From NCBI RefSeq assembly GCF_964213995.1, contig NC_135822.1, positions 25,854,001 to 25,918,000 of the forward strand: a stretch of DNA of 64,000 nucleotides, given 5' to 3'. The notes under the pieces were generated by a model that worked only from the letters and a program-made list of their open reading frames with translations, was not told the origin of the DNA and searched no databases. This DNA is from Mustelus asterias (Eukaryota). Positions 24,101-36,476 of this stretch are shown here, in pieces; position 1 is the stretch's first letter; every line of letters starts with the position of its first letter. The translations under genes and the position numbers were made by a program.

Positions 24101-24965
24101 CACAGGTACAACAGCAATAAAGACTGATATTTAGATTTGTACACCCTTCAGTATTGTCACTGAGCATATCCAGCACATTGGGGTACTAACACATTCATGG
24201 GAAAATAGCGTATGAGTACCAATACACCAGGCACAACAATATTACACATATCTAGTGCAAAGACAGCTCTTAATCCAGTACACTTCAATGTTACACAAAA
24301 TCTTGGGTGATGTTTTTAATTTATGATCTCAATTTGATTGCACCAACCAACCAACACGAGCAGTAATTGTAACGGTGCTTCATCCTAACAAATTTGCTCC
24401 AAACACAACAAGAGTTTGTAAACTCAAAATATATATTGCTCTTCAGAGTTTGAATAGGTACAGTACAAAATTTCTACTCGCCCACTATTTATTGTACTTG
24501 CTAAATCCCAGTGACAATTATATATTCCAGCACTTAATATAGATGAGATTGTTACAAACTTTTATACACTTTATATGACAAGTTGTACCACGATTTAAAT
24601 AAGGAGTATGAAATTTATGAGCACATTAAAAAAAATGCCATAGAAAATTACCGCAGTTGGATCTGTTTTTCTTTCACTGGGCACTGGAACATATTAACCC
24701 ATCTTGGCTAAACAAATGCATTGATTGCTATGAAATCTAGAGATTAAAAGGAGTGTAGATGAACTATAACGTTTACAACCCATCTGACAGATATGTACAG
24801 GATGACCCAGGTTTGATTTCTAAACAGATTTCAACAGTTGGGTGTGAGAAGTGGCCTCAATGCGACTTCGGAAGGAGCAAAAAAAAAAATCAGAATTCTG
24901 ATTCATTATTATTCACCAATAACTCGTGCCTGGAAGTGCCTGTACAAATATTGGGTCAGGACTGT

Positions 24966-25114
24966 AAAATAAAACAAAATACTGCAGATGCTGAAGATCT
25001 GAAATAAAAACAAAATAGACAAGAAGTCATACAGGCTCGAAATGTTAACTCTGTTTCTCGCTCCACAGATGCTGCCAGATCTGTTGAGTTTTTCCGGCAC
25101 ATTTTGTTTTTTGT
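24966..25114. mobile_element. Old Penelope family A-like fold-back relic
   Basis: AAATACTGCAGATGCTG...CTCGAAATGTTAAC...CACAGATGCTGCCAGA. Confidence 0.55.
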
Positions 25115-25319
25115 TTGGGTGAGGACAGGATTGGGTTTAGCTAGTTCCAGTGGTCAAACAGTCTGCCAACACTCAATGTCTAGATCCAGAGACTGACTAC
25201 TGAGGGAATCTACCTATTGAAGTGGGAATCAACATCTTCAGGAGAGATGGAGGGGAAAAGTTCAAAAAAAAAGTGCTGGATGAACTCAGCAGGTCTGAAG
25301 AAAGAAAGAGAGTTAATGT

Positions 25320-25900
25320 TGAGTAGCTCAGTTGGCTGGAAGACTGGTTTGTGATGTGGAGCGATGCCAACAGCATGGGTTCATAGAATAGAATCTCCAC
25401 AGTGCAGAAGGCCATTCGACCCATTGAATGTACACCGACCCTCCAGAGTATCTTACCCAGGATCATCCCTCACCCTATCCCGTAACCCCATGCATGTACC
25501 CAACTAATCCTCTAACCTATGCATGTTGGGACAATAAGAGACAATTTAGCATGGCCAATCTACCTAACCTGCGCACCTTTGGACTGCGGGAGGAAACCGG
25601 AGCACCCAGAGGAAACCCACGCAGACACGGGGAGAACGTGCAGACTCCGCACAATCACTCAAGGGATTTGAATCCGGGTCCCTGGCGCTGTGAGGCAGCA
25701 GTGCCAACCACCATGTTGCCCAATTCATGCCATTCAATTCCCGTACCAACTGAGGTTATTCATGAAGGCCCCACCTTCTCAACCTTGCCCCTCCCTACCT
25801 GAGGTGAGGGTGATCCTCAGGTTAAAATCGCCACCAGCCCAGCTTTGCCTCTCAAACAGGGAGCGCAGACTCTGGTCATCTGGGACTATGGTGAGTTGAC
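25320..25900 (+). mobile_element. tRNA-derived SINE (third family) interrupted by a minus-strand V-SINE at about 25382-25722
   Basis: TAGCTCAGTTGG A-box; B-box GGGTTC split by the insertion; tail GGTCATCTGGGACTATGG. Confidence 0.6.
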
Positions 25901-26061
25901 CGTTACCTTTGAACGTTTCAAGCCCATACGACTCTTGCTTCTTCAGCAACTGAGCCACGGGTGCTACAAAGTTTATCCAGTGTTTTGTGTGTGTTTTTCT
26001 ATTTGAGATTGTCAGAATCCGCAGTGGGAGGGGGAGGTTAGAATAACAGTTTAAAATTTAC

Positions 26062-26079
26062 CTCGACGTTGCTCTCCAT
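26062..26079 (-). CDS. CCDC30: CCDC30 coding exon 1 (MESNVE)
   Basis: Strong Kozak GAGATGG, donor gtaaat, phase 0 matches exon 2; lies at the edge of the CpG island. Confidence 0.65.
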
Positions 26080-26986
26080 CTCTCCCGGCCCGGCAAAGCC
26101 TCAGCGGGCTCCGTCTCCCCTCGGACCGAGACTCGCCCTCATCCTGCACGACCCCTGCGGCCCGGGTGGGGAGTGGGTGGCGGGATGCAGCGAGCTCCCC
26201 TGCGGGCCGCCGAGCCGGGAGGCTCGCCAGGCTGGAGGAGAGTGAGGGGCTAGGAGGGCATCTGTGTGTGTGTGAGGAGAGAGAGAGAGAAGGCGGCTTC
26301 ACAGCTTCCGAACTAAATATGGGAGAGAATTCCCCTCAGGGCCGCGCTGCTGGGAGGCGCAATGCAATCGCCGCCCGCACTCCCGGCGCGCTGATCAAAG
26401 GCGCGCATTGTGCACAACAACAACAACTGAGCCTCAGCGGCTCCCCCAGTAACCAGGCAGCCGGCACAGTCCACCCACACCCTCCCGGGGGGGGGGGAGA
26501 CACCCTGACTGCTGGATCACTTTCAAATAGAGAAGACTCCCAACGTCCCCACCTCTTAGCACTTCACTACGAACCTATTGACCAAATATCACGTTCCCAC
26601 TTTTAGGCTGGATGCCCTCCGATCTCAGAAACAGAGCGCAAGTGAGCCTGCTCCTCCCCCGCCGGCCTCAATGGAATGGTCCACGGCTTGCCGGAAGTCT
26701 GTCCGACAAGAGAAACATTCCGGCCAACCTCCCCCCCCCAAAAAAAATTCGAGGATGCGCTGAATCCGAAAATTAAACACAAGGCAAATTCCGGGATCGC
26801 AGGTGAAGCAGCAAGCCGGCAACACAATGTAAAATAGGAACGCAATTGGCTTTTCAAGTTGCCTTCCTTTAAGGCCAGGAGGGGGAGTTCGTCACTGGCA
26901 CAAAGGGGGAACGGTTATCTCGCATCGGTGTTGTTGCCCGGGGGGTGTTGACGGGAGGGAGCTGCTGCTTGTTGCTGTGAGAGACC
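26080..26986. promoter_or_regulatory. CpG-island bidirectional promoter CCDC30/UTP3
   Basis: GC/CpG-rich; ETS site CCGGAAGT 26691-26698; X-box-like GTAACCAGGCAGC 26449-26461; divergent ATGs about 0.9 kb apart. Confidence 0.7.
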
Positions 26987-27000
26987 ATGAGGGGCCGAAG
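26987..27000 (+). CDS. UTP3: UTP3 exon 1 (MRGR)
   Basis: Kozak ACCATGA, donor gtgaga, phase 2 matches exon 2. Confidence 0.75.
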
Positions 27001-27057
27001 GTGAGAGACAGGCCCCGAGCTGGGGGGGGGAGAGAGAGACCGGAGAGCTTGGGCTAT

Positions 27058-27362
27058 AGGAGCGGCACAGTGGTTAGCACTGCTGCCTCACAGCGCCAGG
27101 GATCCGGGTTTGATTCCTGGCTCGGGTCACTGTCTGTGCGGAGTCTGCACATTCTCGCCGTGTCTGCATGGGTTTCCTCCGGGTGCTCCGGTTTCCTCCC
27201 ACAGTCTGAAACACGCGCTGGTTAGGGTGCATTGGCCGTGCTAAATTCTCCCTCCGTGTACCCGAACAGGCGCCGGAGTGTGGCGACTAGGGGATTTTCA
27301 CAGTAACTTCATTGCACTGTTAATGTAAGCCTAGTTGTGACACTAATAAATAAACTTAAAAC
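27058..27362 (+). mobile_element. V-SINE, tail type ii
   Basis: Full tRNA head, V-domain and type ii tail. Confidence 0.9.
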
Positions 27363-27777
27363 TCTACCGGTTGAGGGAGGCTGAGCTCTGGCTTTTCTGA
27401 TGCTCATTTGGACTCTGAGCTGTTGTCGTATTCAACTGTAAATAGATGGACTGAGACATTCTTCCCCCAGAAAGGGGACACATCCATCCAGTTCAGACTG
27501 ATGACCTGAGTCGCCCCCCCCCCCCCCCCCCCAAAATAGTTTATCTGTGAAACCAGTTTCAGGTAGTCTGTTTATTCATTTCCAACATGCAAGGCTCCAC
27601 AACACACACAAATCCCCTTGTTTGGTAAAAGCAAAATACTGTGGATATTGGAATCTGAAACATAAACAGTAAGATACCGTCAGACCTACTAAAATTTCCC
27701 AGTATTTTCTGTTTTTATTCCCTTGTTTGATATTCAGAAGACTACAGGGGCCTTTATTCTGTAACAAATGTCTACAT

Positions 27778-28090
27778 CACGGTAGCACAGTGGATAGCAC
27801 CGCTGCTTCACAGCACCAGGGTCCCGGGTTCGATTCCCGGCTCGGGTCACTGTCTGTGTGGAGTTTGCACATTCTCCTCGTGTCTGCGTGGGTTTCCTCC
27901 CACAGTCCAAAGATGTGCGGGTTAGGTTGATTGGCCAGATTTTTTAAAAATTGCCCCTTAGAGTCCTGGGATGTGTAGGTTAGAGGGATTAGCGGGTAAA
28001 TATGTGGGGGTAGGGCCTGGGTGGGATTGTGGTCGGTGCAGACTCGATGGGCCGAATGGCCTCCTTCTGCACTGTAGGGTTTCTATGATC
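27778..28090 (+). mobile_element. V-SINE, tail type i
   Basis: tRNA head, V-domain and CR1-like tail. Confidence 0.9.
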
Positions 28091-28351
28091 TGGTCTGTGA
28101 ATGCTTATTCAAAGTAAATAAACAGAAAATTCTGCAGAACCATATAAAAATGGAAATGTGTCAACTTCTATAGGGATAAGATGTTGTTCATTAGTCTGTA
28201 TTCAAAAACCTACGAATGTTAGAGTTGTCTATGGCTTTATTTTTACATTGAAACAGAAAATGCAGGAAATATTCAGCTGTTCTGGCAACATCTGTGGAGA
28301 GAGAGACAGTTAATGGCTGTGACCTTATTTTTAAATCGATGTCTACTTTAG

Positions 28352-28433
28352 GAGAAAGCCCAAGCCACAGCAGCAGGCGGATGATGACAGCGATGACCCG
28401 CAAAAATATAGCGAGTTACCAGATCCTGATATT
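28352..28433 (+). CDS. UTP3: UTP3 exon 2 (RKPKPQQQADDDSDDPQKYSELPDPDI)
   Basis: tttag / gtaagt, phase 2-0. Confidence 0.85.
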
Positions 28434-28589
28434 GTAAGTATGAAAGGGATGAGCATATTACGTATGCCTTGATGGTTGGGGGAGGGCATAATTTTAGTAA
28501 TTTGAGTTGACATAAAATCCAACAGATATATAGAAGTGCTGTGATCAAAATCCTTCATGAGAGCAATCCTATTGATGTTCATTTGACTT

Positions 28590-29340
28590 TCAAAAGGCCT
28601 TTGACTACCACATAAAATTAACAAAATTAAAGCCCATGGGATTAAAGAAACAGTATTGGCGTGGATATAAAATTGGCTAAGGGACAGAAAGAGTGAGTGG
28701 TGGTGAATGACTGTTTCTCATGCTGGTGCTATTACCAAGATTGCCGATTTCCATCCCTGTAAAATTCCGTGACTCTGCCTCAGTTTATTTGCTGCTGAAA
28801 CCCTCAACTCAATTATCTCTAGAGTTGACTACTCCATCACATTCCTGCCCGGCCTCCAGATTGCTACCCTCTGAAGCACCTTTGGACATACAAGTTGTTG
28901 GTGCATGTACAGTGATGTTCCCCAAGAATCAGTGTTGGCTCCATTACTTTAAATTTTATATTAATTACCTTTATTTGGGTGGACAGACCGCAATTTCAAT
29001 ATTTGCAGATAACATACAACTAAGTAAACAATCAGTAGGATGTTATCAGACTTTGCGACTATAAACTGGTGAAATGGACAGACACATGGCAGATAAAGTT
29101 AAAAACAGAGAAGTGTGAAGTGATACCTTTTGATCGCAATAATGAGAAGCACTATAAATAACTTGGTACAATTTTAAAGGAGTTGCAGGAACATAGAGAC
29201 CTGGAGGGGTATGGATGCAAATCTTTGAAGGTGACAGGATAAATTGTGAAGACTGTCAAAGCTTAAGTGGTTTGGTTTTATTGATTTTATTAACAAAGGT
29301 GCAGGGTAAAAAGCAAAGAATTTATGCTAAACATTTTTTT
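28590..29340 (+). mobile_element. Degenerate CR1 RT fragment
   Basis: DFQK, FADN, WQIK motifs with frameshifts. Confidence 0.6.
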
Positions 29341-29389
29341 AAAACACTGATTTTGTATAGTTGGCAGTAGATTGTTGACTTGTGTCAAC

Positions 29390-29590
29390 AATCCAAAAAT
29401 GTGCGGGTTAGGTTGATTGGCCATGCTAAAAAATTGCCCCTTAGTGTCCTGAGCTGCTTAGGTTAGAGGGATTAGAGGGTAAATATGTAGGGATATGGGG
29501 GTAGGGCCTAGGTGGAATTGTGTTCGGTGCAGACTTGATGGGCCAGATGGCCTCTTTCTGCACTATAGGGTTTCTATGGCTTTCTATGGT
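29390..29590 (+). mobile_element. 5'-truncated V-SINE, tail type i
   Basis: Matches the 3' half of other copies. Confidence 0.8.
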
Positions 29591-29849
29591 TTTGTGTATC
29601 TTTGGTAGTAGGGGACGGCAATACTTGAAATTGCATTGCACCATAAGATGTTGAAACATCTGTGTTTAACACGATGGACAACTTTGACTACAGCAGCCAT
29701 TCAACATCAGCTGCATCCCACAAACTGCAGTGATGTTTCTTTGAAGAAACAAGGGTTGTCTACAATAGCAACTTGCATTTATACAGTATCAATGTCATCC
29801 TTTATTAACAGAGCTATTCCACTACCTTTTCCCAGCTTCCTGTCATTCT

Positions 29850-31400
29850 AAATATTCAGGTCCCTGTCTTGGTTATCTTCAACCATACCTCTGTAATGTT
29901 TATTAAGGCAGACATATTTATTTCTACCTGTGCCAACAATTCATCCATTTGGTTACAAATGCTGTACACATTCAGATAACAGTCTTCATACCATTTTTGT
30001 AACATCTGGCCTTATCTGCTGGTTGCACACTTAAGTTTATATGCTCTGTCCCTCCTGCCACCTGTTAGTATTATCCATGTTGCTCCTTTGCTCTATTACC
30101 TTGTCATTTCCCTATAATTTACCACATTGCCACTCATTTGACCCCTTCCACCCCACTATTTAGTTAAAAGCCCTTTCTACCACCCTAGTGTACATTTCTC
30201 CAGAATATTTGTCCCAGCACTGTTCAGCTGAAGGTCGTCCCAATCCAGAGATTATTACCTTGGAGGTTCTGCTTTTTAATTTAGCCCCTAGCTGCTCATA
30301 CTCTCTAAGCAGAATCTCTTTCCAAGTCCTATCTATTTCATTGTTACCCACAGGACCACAGCAACTGGATTTGGAAAGTCATAATATGATCAAGCAGAGC
30401 CAGCATGGTTTCATGAAGGGGAAATCATGTTTGACAAATTTACTAGAGTTCTTTGAGGAGGTATCAGCCAGAGTAGATAGAGGAGAACCAGTCGATGTTG
30501 TATATTTGGATTTTCAAAGGGCATTTGATAAAGTGCCACACAAAAGGCTATTATGCAAGATAGGAGCTCATGGTGTTGGTGGTGTAATATTCTGGCATGA
30601 ATTGAGGATTGGTTAACCAACAGGAAGCAGCGAGTGGTGATCCTAGGTATAGAGGGACTGCCATATGAGAAAAGATTAAACAGGATGGGTCTGTACTTGG
30701 AGTTCAGAAGAATGAGAGGTGATATGATTGAAACATATCAGATTATTAGGGGTTAGCCAGGGTAAATGTTGGGAGGATGTTTCCACTCATGGAAGTGTGT
30801 AGGACCAGAGTGCATAGGCATAGAATAAGGGGGTGCTCATTTAAGATGGATTTGAGAAAGAATTTCTTCTCAGAGTGGTGAATCTTTGGAATTGTTTACC
30901 CAGGAAGCTGTGGAGACCGAGTCCTTGGACATTTTCAAGGCTAAGATTGAAAGGTTTTTATTAAGTTGGGGTGGGGAATCAAGGGTTATGGAGAGAAGGC
31001 AGGAAAGTGGGCTTAATGAATATTAGTGTGATCTTATTAAGTAGCGGAGCAGACTCAAGGGGCTGAAGGGCCTACTCCTGTTCCCTATTTCTTATGCCCC
31101 TCCCACTGCGTTACTCTCCAGCCTGAGCAGATGTCCTGAACCCTGGCACTGGGCTGGCAACACAGCTGAGCTGACTCTCACGCTTGGCTACTGAGAATTG
31201 AATCCATTCCCCTGACTATATTATCCCTTGCTGCCACTATTTACTCGCCCCACTTGAATAGCATCCTGTACCTAGTCTGTTTACAAAGGCTGAGACTCCT
31301 CCATTCTATATTTTCAATCCCCTTATCTGTCTCACACATAGTCACACCTTCCTGTCCCTGATCATGGACCAAATTAGAAGATCCTATCCTAAGTGGTGCT
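29850..31400. mobile_element. Minus-strand CR1 ORF1 region with a nested, internally deleted plus-strand CR1 (about 30371-31096)
   Basis: LKSRTSKVIISGL on the minus strand; QHGFMKGKSCLTNLLEFF..DFQRAFDKVPH on the plus strand. Confidence 0.75.
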
Positions 31401-31791
31401 TTTTCTCAGAATATGGCCAGTCCACAGACTGGCGGCTCCCCTGCTCTGTTTAAAATGAATCTCCGTGCTCCTTTTAAAATGAAGTTTCCACCGCGCTCCA
31501 CAACATATTTGACCGAAAAACTGAGGAGACAAAAGATAACTTAAAAACCTGAATCAGTTGAATAGTTTTTAAAATTTCCCCGTGTGTGTGATTGCATAGT
31601 CTAGGTTACTGCATCCGTATTTCAGACTATCAGCCATCTTTGAACTTGACATGGTCAAAACTGCGCTGCTACCCGATTGGCTGCCATATTGAGGGCGGGT
31701 AGGTGTTGAGCTGCCATACTTGCAGTTGTGACAATGAAGCGGAATGTGAGACTGGAACTGAAAGCACTCGTTTCCATTCTTCCCCTTGTAG

Positions 31792-31848
31792 AATTCTTCG
31801 GAATATTTCAATGATGATGTGGATGAATTTCATGAGAAGAAGCTGCAG
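31792..31848 (+). CDS. UTP3: UTP3 exon 3 (NSSEYFNDDVDEFHEKKLQ)
   Basis: ccttgtag / gtgagt, phase 0-0. Confidence 0.9.
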
Positions 31849-32224
31849 GTGAGTCTGAGATATTGCTGACAACTGTAACTCCGCGGTCAGTGAAATCATA
31901 TTTTACTTCCAGATGTGCAATTGCATGTTAGCCAATCTCCCAAGGTATTGCTCATGGAGAGTTGAGACAAGAGCAATCTGCAGGTGAAGCACACTGAAGA
32001 AGGATGAGCGAAACTGAAGGGAATTTGGGCAATGGTTGGGATATAGGAATTTTTCTGCAATACAGGTTGACAAGCTTAGAGATGCAAAGCCAAATTAGTA
32101 AAGTGGCGTGACAGGACAAAGGGTGTAGTTAAGTATGACAAATGTAGACATAAGAATTTATTATAAGACAGTTAACTGAAAAGTGACTATGATATAACAG
32201 CAGGAAGTGTGGTTACAAGACCAT

Positions 32225-33250
32225 GGGCCTGATTCTCCCATCGCGACATGCTAATTTTTTTGGCACGCGAGTTGGGAGATGCACGAGCAGGCCATTTCGC
32301 GGGGATTCACGCATGCCTCAGGAATGCATGCACGTCTCCCACCGCCGGAGAGCAGGCGCGGTCAAGACCACGCTGGAAACCGGTGGGAAGACCAGGTAAG
32401 TGATTTTAATCTGTCTGTAATGTAATTTAAATGTCATTATCGGGCCCGGGACTGAATTCTCCAGGCCCGATAACATCTCCCACCCCCGCCAGGAGTATTT
32501 CACTCCGGGGTTTAGAGTAGCTCCCCACTTTCGAGGAACTAGCGGGAGATCCCCCTGCCCACCCCAGGGATCAGATGGCAGGGGGGTGGTACCCCCTGGG
32601 CATGGGCACCCTGGCAGTGCCAGTGTGTGCCTCCAGGCATTGCCCAGGGAGCACCTTGGCACTGCCTGTCAGGCAGTGCCATGGGGCGGGGCCTATTTGT
32701 GGGCAGGGTTTTGGGGCGATCAGTGGGGGGGGTCCCGCTGCCACTCTGCATGGGGATCAGTCGGGGCTGGAGGGAGGCCAGGGATCGGGGCAGGGTGAGG
32801 GTGGCAGGGCGTGGTTGGTCTGCCTCCCATTGCGGGGGGGGGGGGGGGGGGGGGTTGTACTTGTGAGGCCGCGATCGGGTCATGGGGGGGTGGGCTGGAG
32901 GGGCAGCATTGCGAGGGTCCCGTGCTGACCAGTGATCGAGGTGGCCAGCAAACTGCAGGCTGACAGTGCGGGGCCACTGGGCATGTGCACGGGGCCACTG
33001 GGCATGTGCAGAGGCCCAGAACTGTCAGATTCTGGCCTGAATAGGCCCTGTCCCCAGCTTTTAATATTCACGATTATAAGACAGTTAACTGAAAAGTGAC
33101 TTTGAAGGAAGTATGGTTAGAAGACCACGGGCCTCTGCATTGCACAGTGTGTGGGAGATTCGAGTCTGAACTCCCATTGAAAACAATTGTGAATTACACC
33201 ATTTTTCCCGCCAATTCAGCACTTAGAATTTTTGGGGGAGAATCACCCCC
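32225..33250. mobile_element. Non-autonomous PIF/Harbinger-type DNA transposon
   Basis: TIRs GGGCCTGATTCTCCC / GGGAGAATCACCCCC (13/15 match), 3-bp TSD CAT, GC-rich. Confidence 0.75.
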
Positions 33251-33385
33251 CATGTGTTCAGACATCAGATTTTTTAAATATATAAATGATGCACACGGTG
33301 GGGGGGTGTGGGGTGGACGCTGGGAGGAGGAGAGACATTTTTATAGAGCTAATCTATAAAGAGTACGTTTCAGTAAAATAATAAA

Positions 33386-34757
33386 ATCAAACGCTTGAAT
33401 CTATCATCAAGGAAGAAATAGCGAGACATCTGGATATAAATTGTCCCATTGGGAAGACGCAGCATGGGTTCATGAAGGGAAGGTCATGTTTGACTAATTT
33501 GGTGGAATTCTTTGAGAACATTACATGTGCAGCGGACAATGGGGAACCTGTGGATGTGGTGTATCTGGATTTCCAGAAGGCATTTGACAAGGTGCCGCAC
33601 CAAAGACTGCTCCATAGGATAAAGGTGCACAGTGTTACGGGTAATGTATTAGCATGGATAGAGGATTGGTTAACTAACAGAAAGCAAAGAGTGGAGGTAA
33701 ATGGGTGTTTTTCTGGTTGGCGATCAGTGACTAGTGGTGTGCCTCAGGGATCAGTGTTGGGACCGCAATTGTTTACAATTTACATAGATGATTTGGAGTT
33801 GGGGACTAAGTGTGGTGTGTCAAAATTCGCAGATGACACTGAGATGGGTGGAAGAGCAAAGTGTGCAGAGGACGCTGAAAGTCTGCAAAGAGATATAGAT
33901 AATCTAAGTGAGTGGGCGAGGGTCTGGCAGATGGAGTACAATGTTGGTAAATGTGAGGTCATCCATTTTGGTAGGAATAACAGCAAAATGGACTATTATT
34001 TAACTGGTAAAAAATTGCAGCATGCTGCTGTGCAGAGGGACCTGGGTGTCCTGGTGCAGGAATCTCGAGGAGTTGGTTTGCAGGTGCAGCAGGTAATTAA
34101 GAAGGCAAATGGAATTTTGTCCTTCATTGCTAGAGGGATGGAGTTTAAAAACAGCGAGGTTATGTTGCAGCTGTATAAGGTGCTGGTGAGGCCACACCTG
34201 GAGTACTGTGTACAGTTTTGGTCTCCTTATTTGAGAAAGGATATACTGGCACTGGAGGGGGTGCAGAGGAGATTCACTAGGTTGATTCTGGAGTTGAGAG
34301 GGTTGGCTTATGAGGAGAGACTGAGTAGACTGGGGCTACACTCATTGGAATTCAGAAGAATGAGGAGAGATCTTATAGAAACATATAAGATTATGAAGGG
34401 AATAGATAAGATAGAAACAGGGAAGTTGTTTCCACTGGCAGATGAAACTAGAACAAGGGGGCATAGCCTCAAAATAAGAGGAAGCAGATTTAGGACTGAG
34501 TTGAGGAGGACTTTCGTCACACAAAGGGTTGTGAATCTGTGGAATTCCCGCCCAGTGAAATAGTTGAGGCTACCTCATTGAATGTTTTTAAGGCAAGGAT
34601 AGATACATTTTTGAACAGTAAAGGAATTAAGGGTTATGGTGAGCGGGCGGGTAAGTGGAGCTGAGTCCACAAAAAGATCAGCCATGATCTTATTGAATGG
34701 CGGAGCAGGCTCGAGGGGCCAGATGGCCTACTCCTGCTCCTAGTTCTTATGTTCTTA
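33386..34757 (+). mobile_element. Young 5'-truncated CR1 LINE with an uninterrupted 363-aa RT C-terminal ORF
   Basis: ORF 33472-34563 with DFQKAFDKVPH, GVPQGSVLGP, KFADD; (TTCTTATG) tail. Confidence 0.95.
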
Positions 34758-34941
34758 CCTTAAATATCCTTTTTCCACATATCTGAAAACCAAACGCATT
34801 GAAAAGCCAAACTTTTTGAACAGACCCTGTCATGAATAAACATGACAACCGGTCCGATATTTTGCAAAGTAGATATCCAAAAATATCCGAATACCGAAAC
34901 GCAATCGGCCCCGGATTTCGCATAAAGGATACTCAAACCTG
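34757..34941. mobile_element. Tc1/mariner (Tigger4/MER46-like) MITE relic
   Basis: Right end TAAAGGATACTCAAACCTG and internal ATCCGAA repeats resemble MER46. Confidence 0.5.
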
Positions 34942-35019
34942 TGCTAGCATGTACTCTCCGCTGTCAAAATCCTGAATCGTCCTCATTGTCGGTGTTGACG
35001 GTGCCATTTTGTGTTACAG

Positions 35020-35076
35020 AAGCTGCTGGCTGATGGAGTCATGCTGGATGATGCGAGTGGAGACTCTGGGGATGAG
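35020..35076 (+). CDS. UTP3: UTP3 exon 4 (KLLADGVMLDDASGDSGDE)
   Basis: gttacag / gtgagt, phase 0-0. Confidence 0.85.
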
Positions 35077-35244
35077 GTGAGTGTGACCAACTCTACTGGG
35101 AGGATATAACAGCTGTCAAAGATCTTTTGTTCCTCAATTCACTGGTGAAAATGTACGTGCAAAAAGGACTTGTATTGCATCCTCTTTGAGAATTAAGGGT
35201 TATGGTGAGCGGGCGGGTGGGATTCCAATGCTCCTAAAAGTAAA

Positions 35245-35635
35245 ATGCACATACACACACAGCCTCTTTCGTGACCTGTGGGTGTCCCAAAGTGCTTTAC
35301 AGACAATGAAGTATGTTTGAAGTGTAGTCGCTGTTATTAGGAAATGTAACATAACAAGGTACCACAAACAGCATAGTGGTAGCAAACAGATTCATTTTAG
35401 TTAATTGAAGCCAAATGTTGGCCAGAACACTGGGGAAAACTTTGACATAGCTTCTGCCCCCATCTAAGAGGTTTAATATCTCATCTGTAAAAAAAATGAC
35501 ACCTTTCACAATGTAATACTCTGTCCCTACTGCATAGGAGAGACAGGCTAGATTTTGTTCTCGAACCTCTGGATTGGGACTTGAACTTACAACCGTCTAT
35601 TCCAGATGAGAATGGTACCAGCTGAGCCACAGCTG
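35245..35635 (-). mobile_element. SacSINE1-like SINE
   Basis: TCCCAAAGTGCTTTACAG...GGGACTTGAAC...CTGAGCCACAG. Confidence 0.6.
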
Positions 35636-35784
35636 GTTTGGAAGATGGACATGCTCATACAGGGCAGGTCTGGGAAGATTTCGTTTCCCATGATCAGCTG
35701 ATAGTTACTTCTGTGAAATCATGGCTTTTAGAAGACAATCCAGTTAGTTTCTGTTCTATAAGTTACTGATGTTCAGAATAACGT

Positions 35785-36080
35785 TTTAAAGTTTACTTAT
35801 TAGTGTCACAAGTAGGCTTACATTAACGCTGTAATGAAGTTACTGTGAAAATCCCCTAGTCGTCACACTTCGGCGCCTGTTTGGGTACACTGAGGGAGAA
35901 TTTAGCATGGCCAATGCACTTAACCAGCACATCTTTCGGACTGTGTGAGGAAACCGGAGCACCCGGAGGAAACCCACGCAGGCACGGGGAGAACGTGCAA
36001 ACTCCGTACAGACAGTGACCCAAGCCGGGTCCCTGGCGCTGTGAGGCAGCAGTGCTAACCACTGTGCCACCATGCCGCCC
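35785..36080 (-). mobile_element. V-SINE, tail type ii
   Basis: Full-length copy in reverse orientation. Confidence 0.9.
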
Positions 36081-36476
36081 ATGTTAGCCCAACAGTTGGT
36101 GGAAGCCCTTGGGTCACCTGAGGTAATACCACTGTCAAACCCACCTAAATCCAACAAAAATGTTGTAGTTTCCTGGGGCATGTGGCATGCCCGTTTATAA
36201 TTTTCCCTTCTTCTCACCTGCCTGAGATTTCTGTGTCGGTACTTTACTTACCTCTCCTTCTGTCCCTGCACATTTCTGCTTTGGTGATGTCTCCACTGTA
36301 GGACTTGCCTCTTCATTAGGTGTGAATTAAAAGGAAGCTAGTCAGTGAATAATGCATCTTCATTTCGCTTGCATTATTACATGGCATAGATGTGTTACAG
36401 CAGAAGTTAATAGTGGCAATTAACCAATTAGCAATTTTCCCCTAAAATTTGCCACTTGGTCTTTGTCCTGAAACAG

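Larger units (their letters stand above)
692..26079 (-). other. CCDC30: CCDC30-like coiled-coil gene, 5' part (continues beyond the left edge); join 26079-26062, 7658-7473, 6105-5985, 1729-1539, 781-692
   Basis: Five exons splice in frame with GT-AG sites; E/Q/K/L-rich heptad protein; identity assigned from synteny with PPCS and ZMYND12. Confidence 0.75.

Noticed and set aside
27058-27130. tRNA-like A and B boxes
   Set aside because: These are SINE heads, not tRNA genes; no complete cloverleaf.
27514-27532. Long C/G homopolymers (also about 22598 and 32835)
   Set aside because: Simple runs whose length is unreliable in assemblies.
32318-33071. Cluster of overlapping 60-117 aa ORFs
   Set aside because: By-product of the GC-rich MITE interior; no protein motifs.
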